A DNA stretch of 64,000 nucleotides. Origin: an uncultured Actinomycetota bacterium (GTDB lineage: Bacteria > Actinomycetota > Actinomycetes > JAHEKZ01). Where the stretch lies: the NCBI GenBank assembly GCA_963743915.1, contig CAVURN010000002.1, forward strand, positions 224,001-288,000. The letters run 5' to 3'. The position numbers and the translations under genes are program-made. Numbering within the stretch: the stretch's first letter is position 1; each line of letters starts with the position of its first letter. Below are positions 1 to 9,461 of the stretch, in pieces. The notes beneath the pieces are model-generated. The model saw only the letters and a program-made list of their open reading frames with translations, was not told the origin of the DNA and did not search any database.

Positions 1-1
1 T

Positions 2-877
2 TACCTTCGCAGCCCGCCTGGTGGCAACCTCTCATCTGCGCTACGTGTCAGCGAGCGTGAATGGCCGCTCGTCGATGAGCTAACCGCCTGTGGAAACCGC
101 CAGGCAATGGACATTGCACTGCGTTCACTGAAGGAGCTGGGGTGTATCGCCCTTCTCGACCTCAACGGCTTCATGGCATTCAACTACGCACACGGTCACG
201 ACGCTGGAGATACCGTCCTCGTCGTCATCGCCAACCGACTTCGGGCCGGGGTTGGAGACCGCGGAGCAGTCTTTCGCCCGGGGGGAAATGAGTTCGCCGT
301 GCTCCTCCCCGGAATCGATTTGCAGCAATCGGAGGGTCTACTGGCCGAGTTGCTCACCGCCGTGGCCGAACCCATCCCAATCGGACAGGAAAGCCTCGCC
401 ATCGGAACCGAGAGTGTCTCCACATCGGCAACGGCCGGACTAGCCACGGTCACCCCACAGAATCCCGAACGAAGCCTGAGGCTGGCAGACACCGCCCTCT
501 ACCGAGCGAAGCGGCAAGGGGTGCCGTACACCGTCTACACGCATAAGCTCCCGCAGGCCATGCCATCGCTCACTGAGTGCCTGGACGACTATCTCGCCTG
601 GCTTGCGGCTACTCACCCGGAGGAAGCCTGGACCGAGGTGCTCCTGCTTGACGACTGTGCGCCACAGCACGAACGACAGGCCCTGCCGCCCCAGGACTTC
701 GCGGAACGGTGGAACACAATCGTCAGCACCGTAGAGCGGGACTGGGTGAACCTGACGTTCAAGGGATGCAGCGCGGGTGTTCTCGTGGTGGCGGTGGAGT
801 GGACCCCGCCAGCGAAGGGCAGCGCGGTCAGGCCGGTTCATCCACTCTCGGTCAACTTCTCCGGCAAGCCTGAATGA
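2..877 (+). CDS. GGDEF-domain protein with degenerate GGNEF site plus unknown C-terminal domain (5' end uncertain, frame open to window edge)
   Basis: The frame upstream of ATG107 reads DELTACGNRQA (the DxLTGxxNR motif), then LLDLNGF..FNYAHGHDAGD..RPGGNEF..ADTALYRAK. Confidence 0.8.
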   Translation, partial: YLRSPPGGNLSSALRVSEREWPLVDELTACGNRQAMDIALRSLKELGCIALLDLNGFMAFNYAHGHDAGDTVLVVIANRLRAGVGDRGAVFRPGGNEFAVLLPGIDLQQSEGLLAELLTAVAEPIPIGQESLAIGTESVSTSATAGLATVTPQNPERSLRLADTALYRAKRQGVPYTVYTHKLPQAMPSLTECLDDYLAWLAATHPEEAWTEVLLLDDCAPQHERQALPPQDFAERWNTIVSTVERDWVNLTFKGCSAGVLVVAVEWTPPAKGSAVRPVHPLSVNFSGKPE

Positions 878-921
878 TGAGGTTCTGGAAGAAGGGTCAA
901 AGCGGCCGTGGAGCCACAAAA

Positions 922-1008
922 TGGTGTCCGAGGGGGGACTTGAACCCCCAAGCCCTTTCGGGCACTAGCACCTCAAGCTAGCGCGTCTGCCAATTCCGCC
1001 ACCCGGAC
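922..1008 (-). tRNA. tRNA-Leu(GAG)
   Basis: Reverse complement GTCCGGGTGGCGGAATTGGCAGACGCG-CTAGC-TTGAGGT-GCTAG-long variable arm-GGTTCAAGTCC..CGGACACCA; anticodon GAG; encoded CCA. Confidence 0.97.
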
Positions 1009-1081
1009 GAGGCGAGTCGTCAGCCTACCAATCACGATTCGGCGTCCGAAAATCGGCCGGACCGGCGTGTGACCGGGCACC

Positions 1082-2425
1082 ATGGTGCCCGTGACCGAGC
1101 CTCATGCCACTGCGTCCAGCGACCCCGCCCGTGAGGTCGTCGACATCTGTCGGCGTCTCATCCAGCTCGACACGAGCAACTACGGCGACGACCCGCGCTC
1201 GCAGGAGCGCGACGCCGCCGAGTACGTGGCGGGCCTGCTGGCCGAGGTCGGGCTCGAGCCCGAGCTCGTCGAGGCGGCACCACGACGGACGAGCGTCTTC
1301 GCGCGGGTCCCCGGACAGGACCCCGATGCGGCGTCGCTGCTGCTGCACGGTCATCTCGACGTCGTCCCTGCCGACGCAGACGACTGGACGCACCCGCCGT
1401 TCGCCGCCGAGGTCCATGACGACGGCGGGGTCCCCATGGTCTGGGGGCGCGGCGCGATCGACATGAAGGACATGGACGCGATGATCCTGTCGTCCGTCCG
1501 CGATCGCCTCCGCACCGGTCGGCTGCCGCGACGTCCGCTCGTGCTCGCCTTCCTCGCCGACGAGGAGGCCGGCGGACTCGTCGGGTCTCACTGGCTCGTC
1601 GAGCACCGCCCCGACCTGTTCGAAGGGGTCGAGGTGGCGATCGGGGAGGTCGGGGGATTCAGCTTCACGGTGCGCGACGACCTGCGGCTCTACCTGATCG
1701 AGGCGGCCGAGAAGGGCATCGCGTGGATGGAGCTGGAGGCGGTCGGGCGTGCCGGCCACGGTTCGATGGTGAACCGTGAGAACGCCGTCACCCGGCTGAC
1801 CGAGACGGTGGCGCGGATCGGCTCACACACCTTCCCCGTCACCATGACCGCGACCGTCGAGCGGCTGCTGGCCGAGGTCCGCGACGCGCTCGACCTGGAC
1901 GCGGACACTCCGCCGGACGACGTGGTGGCCCGGCTCGGACCGATCGCACCGATGATCGGCGCCACGCTGCGGCACAGCGCCGCTCCGACGATGCTCGACG
2001 CCGGGTACAAGGCCAATGTGATCCCGGGCAGCGCCAGGGCGGTCGTCGACGGGCGGTTCCTGCCCGGTCGACGCGACGAGTTCCTCGCGACGATCGACGA
2101 GCTGCTGGGTCCCGATGTCACCCGCCGGCCGATCGTCGACGACATCGCGCTGGAGGCGCCGTTCGAGGGCTCGGTGGTGGACGCGATCGTCAAGTCGCTG
2201 CTGGAGCACGACCCCGTGGCGCGCGCGGTGCCGTACACCCTCAGCGGGGGAACGGACGCGAAGGCGTTCGCACAGCTCGGCATCCCGGGCTATGGCTTCG
2301 CCCCCCTCCGCCTGCCGCCCTCCCTCGCCTTCGCTGACCTCTTCCACGGCGTGGACGAGCGGGTTCCCGTCGACGCCCTCGAGTTCGGCGCGCGCGTGCT
2401 CGACAGGTTCCTCGACTTGGCCTGA
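1082..2425 (+). CDS. M20/M25/M40 family metallo-hydrolase (Rv2141c-like)
   Basis: HGHLDVVP, GRGAIDMK, DEEAGG and FHGVDER motifs; conserved position next to tRNA-Leu. Confidence 0.9.
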   Translation: MVPVTEPHATASSDPAREVVDICRRLIQLDTSNYGDDPRSQERDAAEYVAGLLAEVGLEPELVEAAPRRTSVFARVPGQDPDAASLLLHGHLDVVPADADDWTHPPFAAEVHDDGGVPMVWGRGAIDMKDMDAMILSSVRDRLRTGRLPRRPLVLAFLADEEAGGLVGSHWLVEHRPDLFEGVEVAIGEVGGFSFTVRDDLRLYLIEAAEKGIAWMELEAVGRAGHGSMVNRENAVTRLTETVARIGSHTFPVTMTATVERLLAEVRDALDLDADTPPDDVVARLGPIAPMIGATLRHSAAPTMLDAGYKANVIPGSARAVVDGRFLPGRRDEFLATIDELLGPDVTRRPIVDDIALEAPFEGSVVDAIVKSLLEHDPVARAVPYTLSGGTDAKAFAQLGIPGYGFAPLRLPPSLAFADLFHGVDERVPVDALEFGARVLDRFLDLA

Positions 2426-2426
2426 C

Positions 2427-2642
2427 TCACACCGTGTGCGGGCGCGCAGCCACCCGGACGCGGCGGCGTCGCAGCCAGACCCGGCAGCGGCCGTCGACGT
2501 ACCGCCGGACCCGCCAGAGCTCCCAGCGGCCGTACTCCGCGTGCTCGGTGAGGACCTGTCGGATCTCGGCGCGGCTGCTGGAGCGCGGGAACTCGATCCG
2601 CCACGTCTCGTACTCGACCGCTCTCGCTCCGATGCCGCTCAC
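2427..2642 (-). CDS. DUF5703 family small protein
   Basis: EYE...LTEHAEYGRWEL.R.R.Y.DG.R.VWLRRR pattern; GTG start inferred. Confidence 0.75.
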   Translation of the reverse strand: MSGIGARAVEYETWRIEFPRSSSRAEIRQVLTEHAEYGRWELWRVRRYVDGRCRVWLRRRRVRVAARPHTV

Positions 2643-2661
2643 CCCCTGACTTGCCCGAGGC

Positions 2662-3658
2662 CTACTCGGCACCGGCCGGACGCTGGTTCCAGCCGTGCTC
2701 GGGATACCCCTGGGCCGGACGCGAGACCTCATCGAGCGCGGTGACGATCTCCTGGGGCAGCTCCAGGGACTCCGCCGCGAGCGACCCGAGCAGCTGGGCG
2801 GCGGTCCGGGCACCCACGATCGCGGTGGTGACGCCGGGGCGGTCGCGAACCCAGGCCAGCGCCACCTCCAACGGGGCAACGCCCAGTCCGGCGGCAGCGG
2901 TCACCACGGCATCCACGATGTGCTGGCTGCGCTCGTCGAGGAACGGTCGGACGAAGTCGGTGAAGTGCTCGGACGCGGCCCGCGAGTCCGAGGGGGTGCC
3001 GGTGCGGTACTTGCCCGTCAGTACGCCGCGTCCCAGGGGTGACCAGGCCAGGATCCCGGCACCCGCTTCGGCCAGTGCGGGCACCACCTCCCGTTCGATC
3101 CCGCGCTGCAAGCAGCGAGTACTCGACCTGGCTGGCGACCAGCGGAGCACGGCCGGGGTACGCCCGCTGCCAGGCGCAGGCCCACGCGGTCTGCCAACCG
3201 CAGTAGTTGGAGATGCCGACGTACCGTGCCTTGCCCGAGCGCACCGCCTCGTCCGCGGCCGAGAGGGTCTCCTCGATGGGCGTCAACGGGTCCCAGGCGT
3301 GGAACTGCCACAGATCGACGTAGTCCGTCCCGAGCCGCCGCAGTGAGGCGTCCAGGGAGGAGAGCAGATACCCGCGTGAGGCGTCGAAGCGACGTTCGGT
3401 GCCGGGCCGGCTGGCGGCCTTGGTGGCGATGACGACGTCCTGCCGCGCGCAGACGTCCCCGACGAGGGCGCCGACGATCCGCTCGCTGGCACCGTCGACG
3501 TAGACGTCAGCGGTGTCGACCAGGGTGCCGCCGGCGTCGCAGAAGGCCGCCAGCTGGTCGCGAGCCTCGTGCTCGTCGGTGTCACGTCCCCACGTCATGG
3601 TGCCGAGGCCGAGGCGCGACACGGTGAGGCCGGTGGCCCCCAGACGGCGTTGCTCCAT
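2662..3658 (-). CDS. Aldo/keto reductase (1-bp frameshift near 3110)
   Basis: LGLGTMTWG, DTADVY, DYVDLWQFH and GISNY in ORF 2729-3658 continue into QRGIEREVVP..AWSPLGRGVLTGKY in ORF 2662-3150. Confidence 0.88.
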
Positions 3659-3761
3659 GGGGGCGAAGCGTAGCGATCAGCGGTGGGTAGAGTCCGACGC
3701 CATGCGGAGGATGCGTGCCCACTCGGACCCTCGTCTCGCCGGTTCGACCGGACAGGCGCCG

Positions 3762-4592
3762 GTGAGCTGGCTCGAGGCGATCCTGCTCGGCATCCTGCAG
3801 GGCCTGACCGAGTTCCTGCCGATCTCCAGCAGCGCCCACCTGGCCATCTTCCCCCAGCTGTTCGGGCGACCGGACCCCGGCGCGTCCTTCACCGCGGTCA
3901 CCCAGATCGGCACCGAGCTGGCCGTCATCTGGTACTTCCGCAAGGACCTCTGGCGGATCGGCATCACCTGGTTGCGATCCCTGTTCGACCCGGCGCTGCG
4001 GGGCCGCATCGACGCCCGGATGGGCTGGTACATCATCTTGGGCACGATCCCGATCGGTGTCGCAGGCGTCCTGCTCGAGGAGACCATCCAGACGTCGTTC
4101 CGGAACCTCTGGGTGATCGGCGTCAACCTGGTGCTCTTCGGGGTGATCCTCGGCGTGGTGGACCGGCTGGCCGCCAACGCACGTCCGCTGGAACGGCTGA
4201 ACCTGCGGGACGCCCTGCTCTACGGCGGGGCCCAGATGCTCGCGCTCGTGCCTGGTGTCTCGCGCTCCGGAGCGACCATCAGCATGGGCCTTGCCCTCGG
4301 GTACACCCGTGAGGCGGCGACCCGGTACGCGTTCCTGCTGGCCATCCCCGCTGTCGTCGCGTCGGCGATCTTCCAGCTGCCCGACGTCAGTGCGTCCGCC
4401 GAGCCCGGGATGGCCAAGACCCTCGTGGCGACGGTGGTCGCCTTCGTGGTGGGCTACGCGGTCATCGCCTGGCTGCTGCGCTACCTGCGGACGCGCTCCT
4501 ACCTGCCGTTCGTCATCTACCGCATCGCGCTGGGGATGCTCGTCCTGGTCCTGCTGTCAGCGGGCGTCCTCGATTCCACGATCGCCGGTTGA
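3762..4592 (+). CDS. uppP: Undecaprenyl-diphosphate phosphatase
   Basis: QGLTEFLPISSSAHL and PGVSRSGATI motifs; multi-pass membrane protein. Confidence 0.95.
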   Translation: MSWLEAILLGILQGLTEFLPISSSAHLAIFPQLFGRPDPGASFTAVTQIGTELAVIWYFRKDLWRIGITWLRSLFDPALRGRIDARMGWYIILGTIPIGVAGVLLEETIQTSFRNLWVIGVNLVLFGVILGVVDRLAANARPLERLNLRDALLYGGAQMLALVPGVSRSGATISMGLALGYTREAATRYAFLLAIPAVVASAIFQLPDVSASAEPGMAKTLVATVVAFVVGYAVIAWLLRYLRTRSYLPFVIYRIALGMLVLVLLSAGVLDSTIAG

Positions 4593-4616
4593 ACGCCCGC
4601 CACCTAGGGTTGTGGC

Positions 4617-5340
4617 GTGACCACCGTCCTGCTCATCCGTCACGGCCGCAGCACCGCGAACACCAACGGCACCCTTGCGGGCTGGACGCCGGGCGTCGAC
4701 CTCGACGACGCCGGACGCGAACAGGTTGCCTCCCTGGCCGGTCGACTGGCGTCGGTACCCCTTGCCGGGGTGGTGACCAGTCCGCTCGAGCGGTGTCAGC
4801 AGACCACCGAGGCGGTCGTCGCCGACCGGGACATCGAGGTCTTCGTCGAGCCGGACGTCGCCGAGGTGCACTACGGCGACTGGACGGGTGAGTCGCTCAA
4901 GCAGCTCGCGAAGCAGCCGCTGTGGAAGGTCGTCCAGCAGCACCCGAGTGCGGCTCGCTTCCCCGGCGCCGACGGAGAGAGCCTCGCTGCCATGCAGCAC
5001 CGTGCCGTGTCGGCGGTCCGTCGGTGGAACGAGACCTTCGGGCCCGACATCCACCTACGCGGTCGTGTCCCACGGTGACGTCATCAAGGCGCTGCTGGCC
5101 GATGCCCTCGGACTGCACCTCGACCTGTTCCAGCGCATCGTCGTCGACCCGGCGTCGCTCAGTGTCATCCGGTACGGGGTGACCCGGCCGTTCGTCGAAC
5201 GGCTCAACGACACCGGCGGTGACACCACCGCGTTGATGCCGCCGCGGCGCAAGCGCAGTCGGACGAAGGCCGCTGACGACGCGGTCGTCGGCGGTGGAGC
5301 CGGAGCCGTGTCCGCCAAGCCCCGGAGGAGGTCGTCGTGA
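4617..5340 (+). CDS. MSMEG_4193-family histidine phosphatase/phosphomutase (frameshift near 5049)
   Basis: RHG motif, SPLERC, YGDWTG, then VSHGDVIKA in the next frame. Confidence 0.88.
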
Positions 5341-5870
5341 CCGTCCACTCGTACCTCGACCCTGAGCGCTTCGTCACCGGAACCGTCGGCCCGCCGGGGC
5401 AGCGGGTGTTCTTCCTGCAGGCGCACGACAGTGGCCGCACCACGAGCGCAGCGCTCGAGAAGGAGCAGGTGCGGGTTCTCGCCGAGCGCCTCGACACCAT
5501 GCTCGACCTGCTCACGCGGCGCGGCGTCGGCCACCAGCAGGTGCCGGTGGTGGCCGACCCCGCGGACAAGGACGTCGCGCCCCTCGAGACGCCGGTCGAG
5601 GAGGACTTCCGCGTCGCGGTGCTCCGGATCGCCTGGGACGGCGATGCCGATCGGGTGCTCATCGAGGCGGCATCCGAACCTGCCGAGGACGACGACGAGC
5701 TGAGCGGTGAGGTGCTCGCCGTGCGGATCACCGGCTCGGCGGCCCGGGCGTTCGTCGACCGTGCCGAGTCGGTCGTGGCCGCGGGGCGTCCGCCCTGCCC
5801 CTTCTGCACCCTCCCGCTGGACCCCGAGGGGCACATCTGCCCGCGTCAGAACGGCTACCGCAGACGATGA
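5337..5870 (+). CDS. DUF3090 family protein
   Basis: RFVTGTVGPPGQRVFFLQA, LEKEQV and C-terminal GRPPCPFC..PLDPEGHICPRQNG. Confidence 0.9.
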   Translation: MTVHSYLDPERFVTGTVGPPGQRVFFLQAHDSGRTTSAALEKEQVRVLAERLDTMLDLLTRRGVGHQQVPVVADPADKDVAPLETPVEEDFRVAVLRIAWDGDADRVLIEAASEPAEDDDELSGEVLAVRITGSAARAFVDRAESVVAAGRPPCPFCTLPLDPEGHICPRQNGYRRR

Positions 5871-6583
5871 GCCTGAGCACGGGCGAGCTCGAACGGGGCG
5901 AGCTCACGGTGGTCGGCCAGCTCGTCGACGCCAGCAACGGAAGCCTCCTCTGCACGCTCGACGGACTCGGCGTCGATCCCGGCCCCTTCGTCATCTACAA
6001 GCCGCGGGCGGGGGAGCGACCGTTGTGGGACTTCCCGACCGGGACGCTGAGCCGCCGTGAGGTGGCTGCCTTCGTGGTGTCGGACAGCCTGGGGTGGCCG
6101 ATCGTGCCCCCGACGGTCTGGCGGGACGGGCCCTTCGGCCCCGGGATGGTGCAGGAGTGGGTGGACGTCGACACCGAGGCCGACGTCGTGGAGCTCGTCC
6201 AGAGCGACCGTGAGGACCTCCGGCGGATCGCGGTGTTCGACGCCGTCATCAACAACGGGGACCGCAAGGGTGGCCATCTGCTTCCCACCCACGCGGGGCA
6301 CATCTGGGGGATCGACCACGGCGTCACGTTCGCCGTCGAGGACAAGCTGCGCACCGTCCTCTGGCAGTGGCGCGGCCACCCCATCCCCACCCCGCTCCTG
6401 GAGGATCTGGAGCGGTGGCAGACGGCATGGAACGCCACCGACGGTCCCGCGGAGCGATTGTCGGGCTACCTGTCCGAGGAGGAGGTGGAGACGGTCGAGG
6501 CGCGCGTCCGCGCCCTGCTCCGCACCCGCACACACCCCCAGCCGTCCCCGGACTGGCCAGCCATCCCGTGGCCGCCCTTCTAG
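5867..6583 (+). CDS. SCO1664 family PI3/4-kinase-like protein
   Basis: [30 protein letters not shown] and WPAIPWPPF. Confidence 0.9.
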   Translation: MSLSTGELERGELTVVGQLVDASNGSLLCTLDGLGVDPGPFVIYKPRAGERPLWDFPTGTLSRREVAAFVVSDSLGWPIVPPTVWRDGPFGPGMVQEWVDVDTEADVVELVQSDREDLRRIAVFDAVINNGDRKGGHLLPTHAGHIWGIDHGVTFAVEDKLRTVLWQWRGHPIPTPLLEDLERWQTAWNATDGPAERLSGYLSEEEVETVEARVRALLRTRTHPQPSPDWPAIPWPPF

Positions 6584-6608
6584 TTCTGCACCGCTAGGCT
6601 CACCCGTC

Positions 6609-7845
6609 GTGGAGACCTGGTCGCAGCCACCGCTGCCCACGCTGCCCGGCACCGGCCCGGCGCTCGTTCTCCACGACACCGCGACCCGCTCGCCTCGTCC
6701 CACCGAGCCGGGCGCGACCGCCCGCCTGTACGTCTGCGGGATCACCCCCTACGACGCCACCCATCTCGGGCACGCCGCGACGTACGTCGCCTTCGACCTC
6801 GTGCAACGGGTCTGGCTGGACGCCGGTCACGACGTGCACTACGTGCAGAACGTCACCGACGTCGACGACCCGCTGCTCGAACGCGCCGTCGCGACCGGCC
6901 AGGACTGGCGCGAGCTCGCTCGAGCCGAGACCGCACTGTTCCGCGAGGACATGGCCGCGCTCGGCGTCCTGCCGCCGCGTGACTACATCGGCGCGGTCGA
7001 GTCGATCCCGCTCGTGGTGGACCGGATCGACGAGCTGCTCGAGTCCGGTGCTGCCTACCACCTCGACGGAGACATCTACTACTCGGTCGCCAGCGACGAG
7101 CAGTTCGGTTTCGTCAGCTCCTACCCCCGCGAGCGGATGCTCGAACTGTTCGCCGAGCGCGGGGGAGACCCGGCCCGCGCGGGCAAGAAGGATGCCGCTC
7201 GACCCGCTGTTGTGGCAGGCGGAACGGCCCGGCGAGCCGGCGTGGGACACCCACTTCGGACACGGCCGCCCGGGATGGCACATCGAGTGCACCGCCATCG
7301 CGCTGCACCATCTGGGCAACGGGTTCGACGTGCAGGGCGGAGGCAGCGACCTGATCTTCCCGCACCACGAGATGGGGACCTCCCAGGCCCACCTGCTCAC
7401 CGGTGACCGCCCCTTCGCCCGACACTTCGTGCACGCCGGCATGGTCGGACTGGGCGGCGAGAAGATGTCGAAGTCGAAGGGGAACCTGGTCTTCGTCTCC
7501 CGGCTCCGTGACGACGGCCATCCACCCATGGCGATCCGACTGGCCCTGCTCGCGCACCACTACCGGTCCGACTGGGAGTGGACGGACGACGATCTCACCG
7601 CAGCGCAGGACCGGCTGCTCCGCTGGACCTACGCGGCCACCGCCGAGCGAGGGCCGGACGCAGCCGGCGTGCTGGACGGCGTGCGCCGGGCCCTGGCCGA
7701 CGACCTCGACGCTCCGGCCGCGCTGGGCGTCATCGATGCCTGGGCCGAGCTGGTCGCCCTCGGCGAGGGTGAGGACACCGACGCACCGCAGCAGGTGGCC
7801 GACGTCGCTGAGGCGCTGCTCGGCGTGCGGCTGCGCGACGACTGA
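6609..7845 (+). CDS. mshC: Cysteine:GlcN-Ins ligase of mycothiol synthesis (frameshift near 7194)
   Basis: [46 protein letters not shown] and KMSKS. Confidence 0.93.
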
Positions 7846-7854
7846 CTCGCCGCC

Positions 7855-8697
7855 TCAGTCGTCCTCGCGGCGACGCAGGTACCGTTCGAACTCGCGCGCG
7901 ATGGCGTCGCCGCTCGCCTCGGGCAGATCGGCGGTGTCGCGCGCCTCTTCGAGCGAGCGCACGTACTCGGCGACCTCGTCGTCATCGTGCGCGAGCTCGT
8001 CGACGCCCCGCTCCCACGCCACCGCCTCGTCCTCGAGGTCGCCCACGGGCAGCGTGAGGTCGAGGGCGTCCTCGAGGGCGCGGAGCAGCGCCAGGGTCGC
8101 CTTGGGGCACGGCGCCTGCGCGACGTAGTGCGGCACGGCCGCCCAGAAGGAGAGTGTCTCGATGCCGGCGCGGGTGAATCCCTCGGTGAGGGCGCCGACG
8201 ATGCCGGTCGGCCCTTCGTAGCGGGTGAGCTCGACCCCGAGCCGCTCGGCGATCGCGGGGTCGGAGGCGACGGAGGTGACGGGCACCGGTCGCGTGTGCG
8301 GGGTGTCCGCCAGCAGGCTGCCGACCGTGATCACCCGCTCGACGTCGAGCTCGAAGGCCAGGCCGATGATCTCGCTGATGAAGCTGCGCCACCGCATGCT
8401 GGGCTCGATCCCTCTGACCACCACGAGATCGGGACCGCCGGAGATCGACGTGGCGTAGGCCGAGGTGGCCGGCCAGGTGATCTCGCGGACACCACGGTCC
8501 CCGACCGAGATGATCGGGCGGTTGACCTGGAAGTCGTAGTAGTCCTCGGGGTCGACGTCGGCGAAGCGCTCGCCGGGGAAGTGCTGCAGCAGGTGGTCGA
8601 CGAGCCCGGTGGCCGACTCGGCGGCGTCGTTCCAGCCCTCGAACGCAGCCACGAGGATGGGCTGGTCGAGCGACGGGAGGCCCTCCAGCTCGATCAT
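7855..8697 (-). CDS. PAC2 family (proteasome assembly chaperone-like) protein
   Basis: AAFEGWNDA, YYDFQVNRP, GIEPSMRWR, WAAVPHYV and IAREFERYL. Confidence 0.9.
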   Translation of the reverse strand: MIELEGLPSLDQPILVAAFEGWNDAAESATGLVDHLLQHFPGERFADVDPEDYYDFQVNRPIISVGDRGVREITWPATSAYATSISGGPDLVVVRGIEPSMRWRSFISEIIGLAFELDVERVITVGSLLADTPHTRPVPVTSVASDPAIAERLGVELTRYEGPTGIVGALTEGFTRAGIETLSFWAAVPHYVAQAPCPKATLALLRALEDALDLTLPVGDLEDEAVAWERGVDELAHDDDEVAEYVRSLEEARDTADLPEASGDAIAREFERYLRRREDD

Positions 8698-8786
8698 CGA
8701 CCCCTCCTCGGTCCGGACCCGGCCAGCGTACGCTGACCCCTCGAGCCCGCGTGGCACCGCCGGGCGCCCGATATCCTGCGTCGGCC

Positions 8787-9461
8787 ATGTCCGTCACTGC
8801 GCCGTCCCCGCTCCCCGACGCCGTCCTGTTCGACATGGACGGGCTGCTGGTCGACACCGAGCCGCAGTGGTTCGAGGCCGAGCGCCGCACGGTGGAAGAG
8901 CTGGGCGGCACGTGGGGCAAGCAGCAGCAGGTCGACCTGCTCGGCAGCAACCTGGAGTTCGCCGCGCACTACATGATCGGCCACACCGGCAGCAGGTGGT
9001 CGGTCAGGGACGTCATGGACCTGCTGCTCGAGAACATGTCCGCCGAGCTGGCCCAAGGGGTGCGGTTCCGACCCGGCGCGCTCGACCTGCTCGTCGCCCT
9101 GCGCGACGCTTCGGTGCCGCTCGGCCTGGTGACCTCGTCGGTGCGCTCGCACGTGGACGTCGTCCTCGCCGCTCTGCCGGGTGACGCCTTCTGCGACCAC
9201 GTGACCGGTGACGACGTGCGCCACCTCAAGCCACACCCTGAGCCCTACCTGACCGCTCTGGCCCGGCTGGCGGTCGAGGCCGCCCGGTGCGTCGTCCTCG
9301 AGGACAGCCCCGCAGGGGTCGCCTCCGCCGAGGCGGCCGGCTGCCCGGTCGTCGCCGTGCCCAGCGTGGTGCCCATCGGACCGGCACCCGCGCGCACGGT
9401 GGTGACGTCACTGGTCGAGGTCGACCTCGCGCTGCTGTCCGGACTCGTCACTCCGTCGTGA
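8787..9461 (+). CDS. HAD family phosphatase
   Basis: FDMDGLLVDTE, KPHPEPY and EDSPAG motifs. Confidence 0.9.
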   Translation: MSVTAPSPLPDAVLFDMDGLLVDTEPQWFEAERRTVEELGGTWGKQQQVDLLGSNLEFAAHYMIGHTGSRWSVRDVMDLLLENMSAELAQGVRFRPGALDLLVALRDASVPLGLVTSSVRSHVDVVLAALPGDAFCDHVTGDDVRHLKPHPEPYLTALARLAVEAARCVVLEDSPAGVASAEAAGCPVVAVPSVVPIGPAPARTVVTSLVEVDLALLSGLVTPS

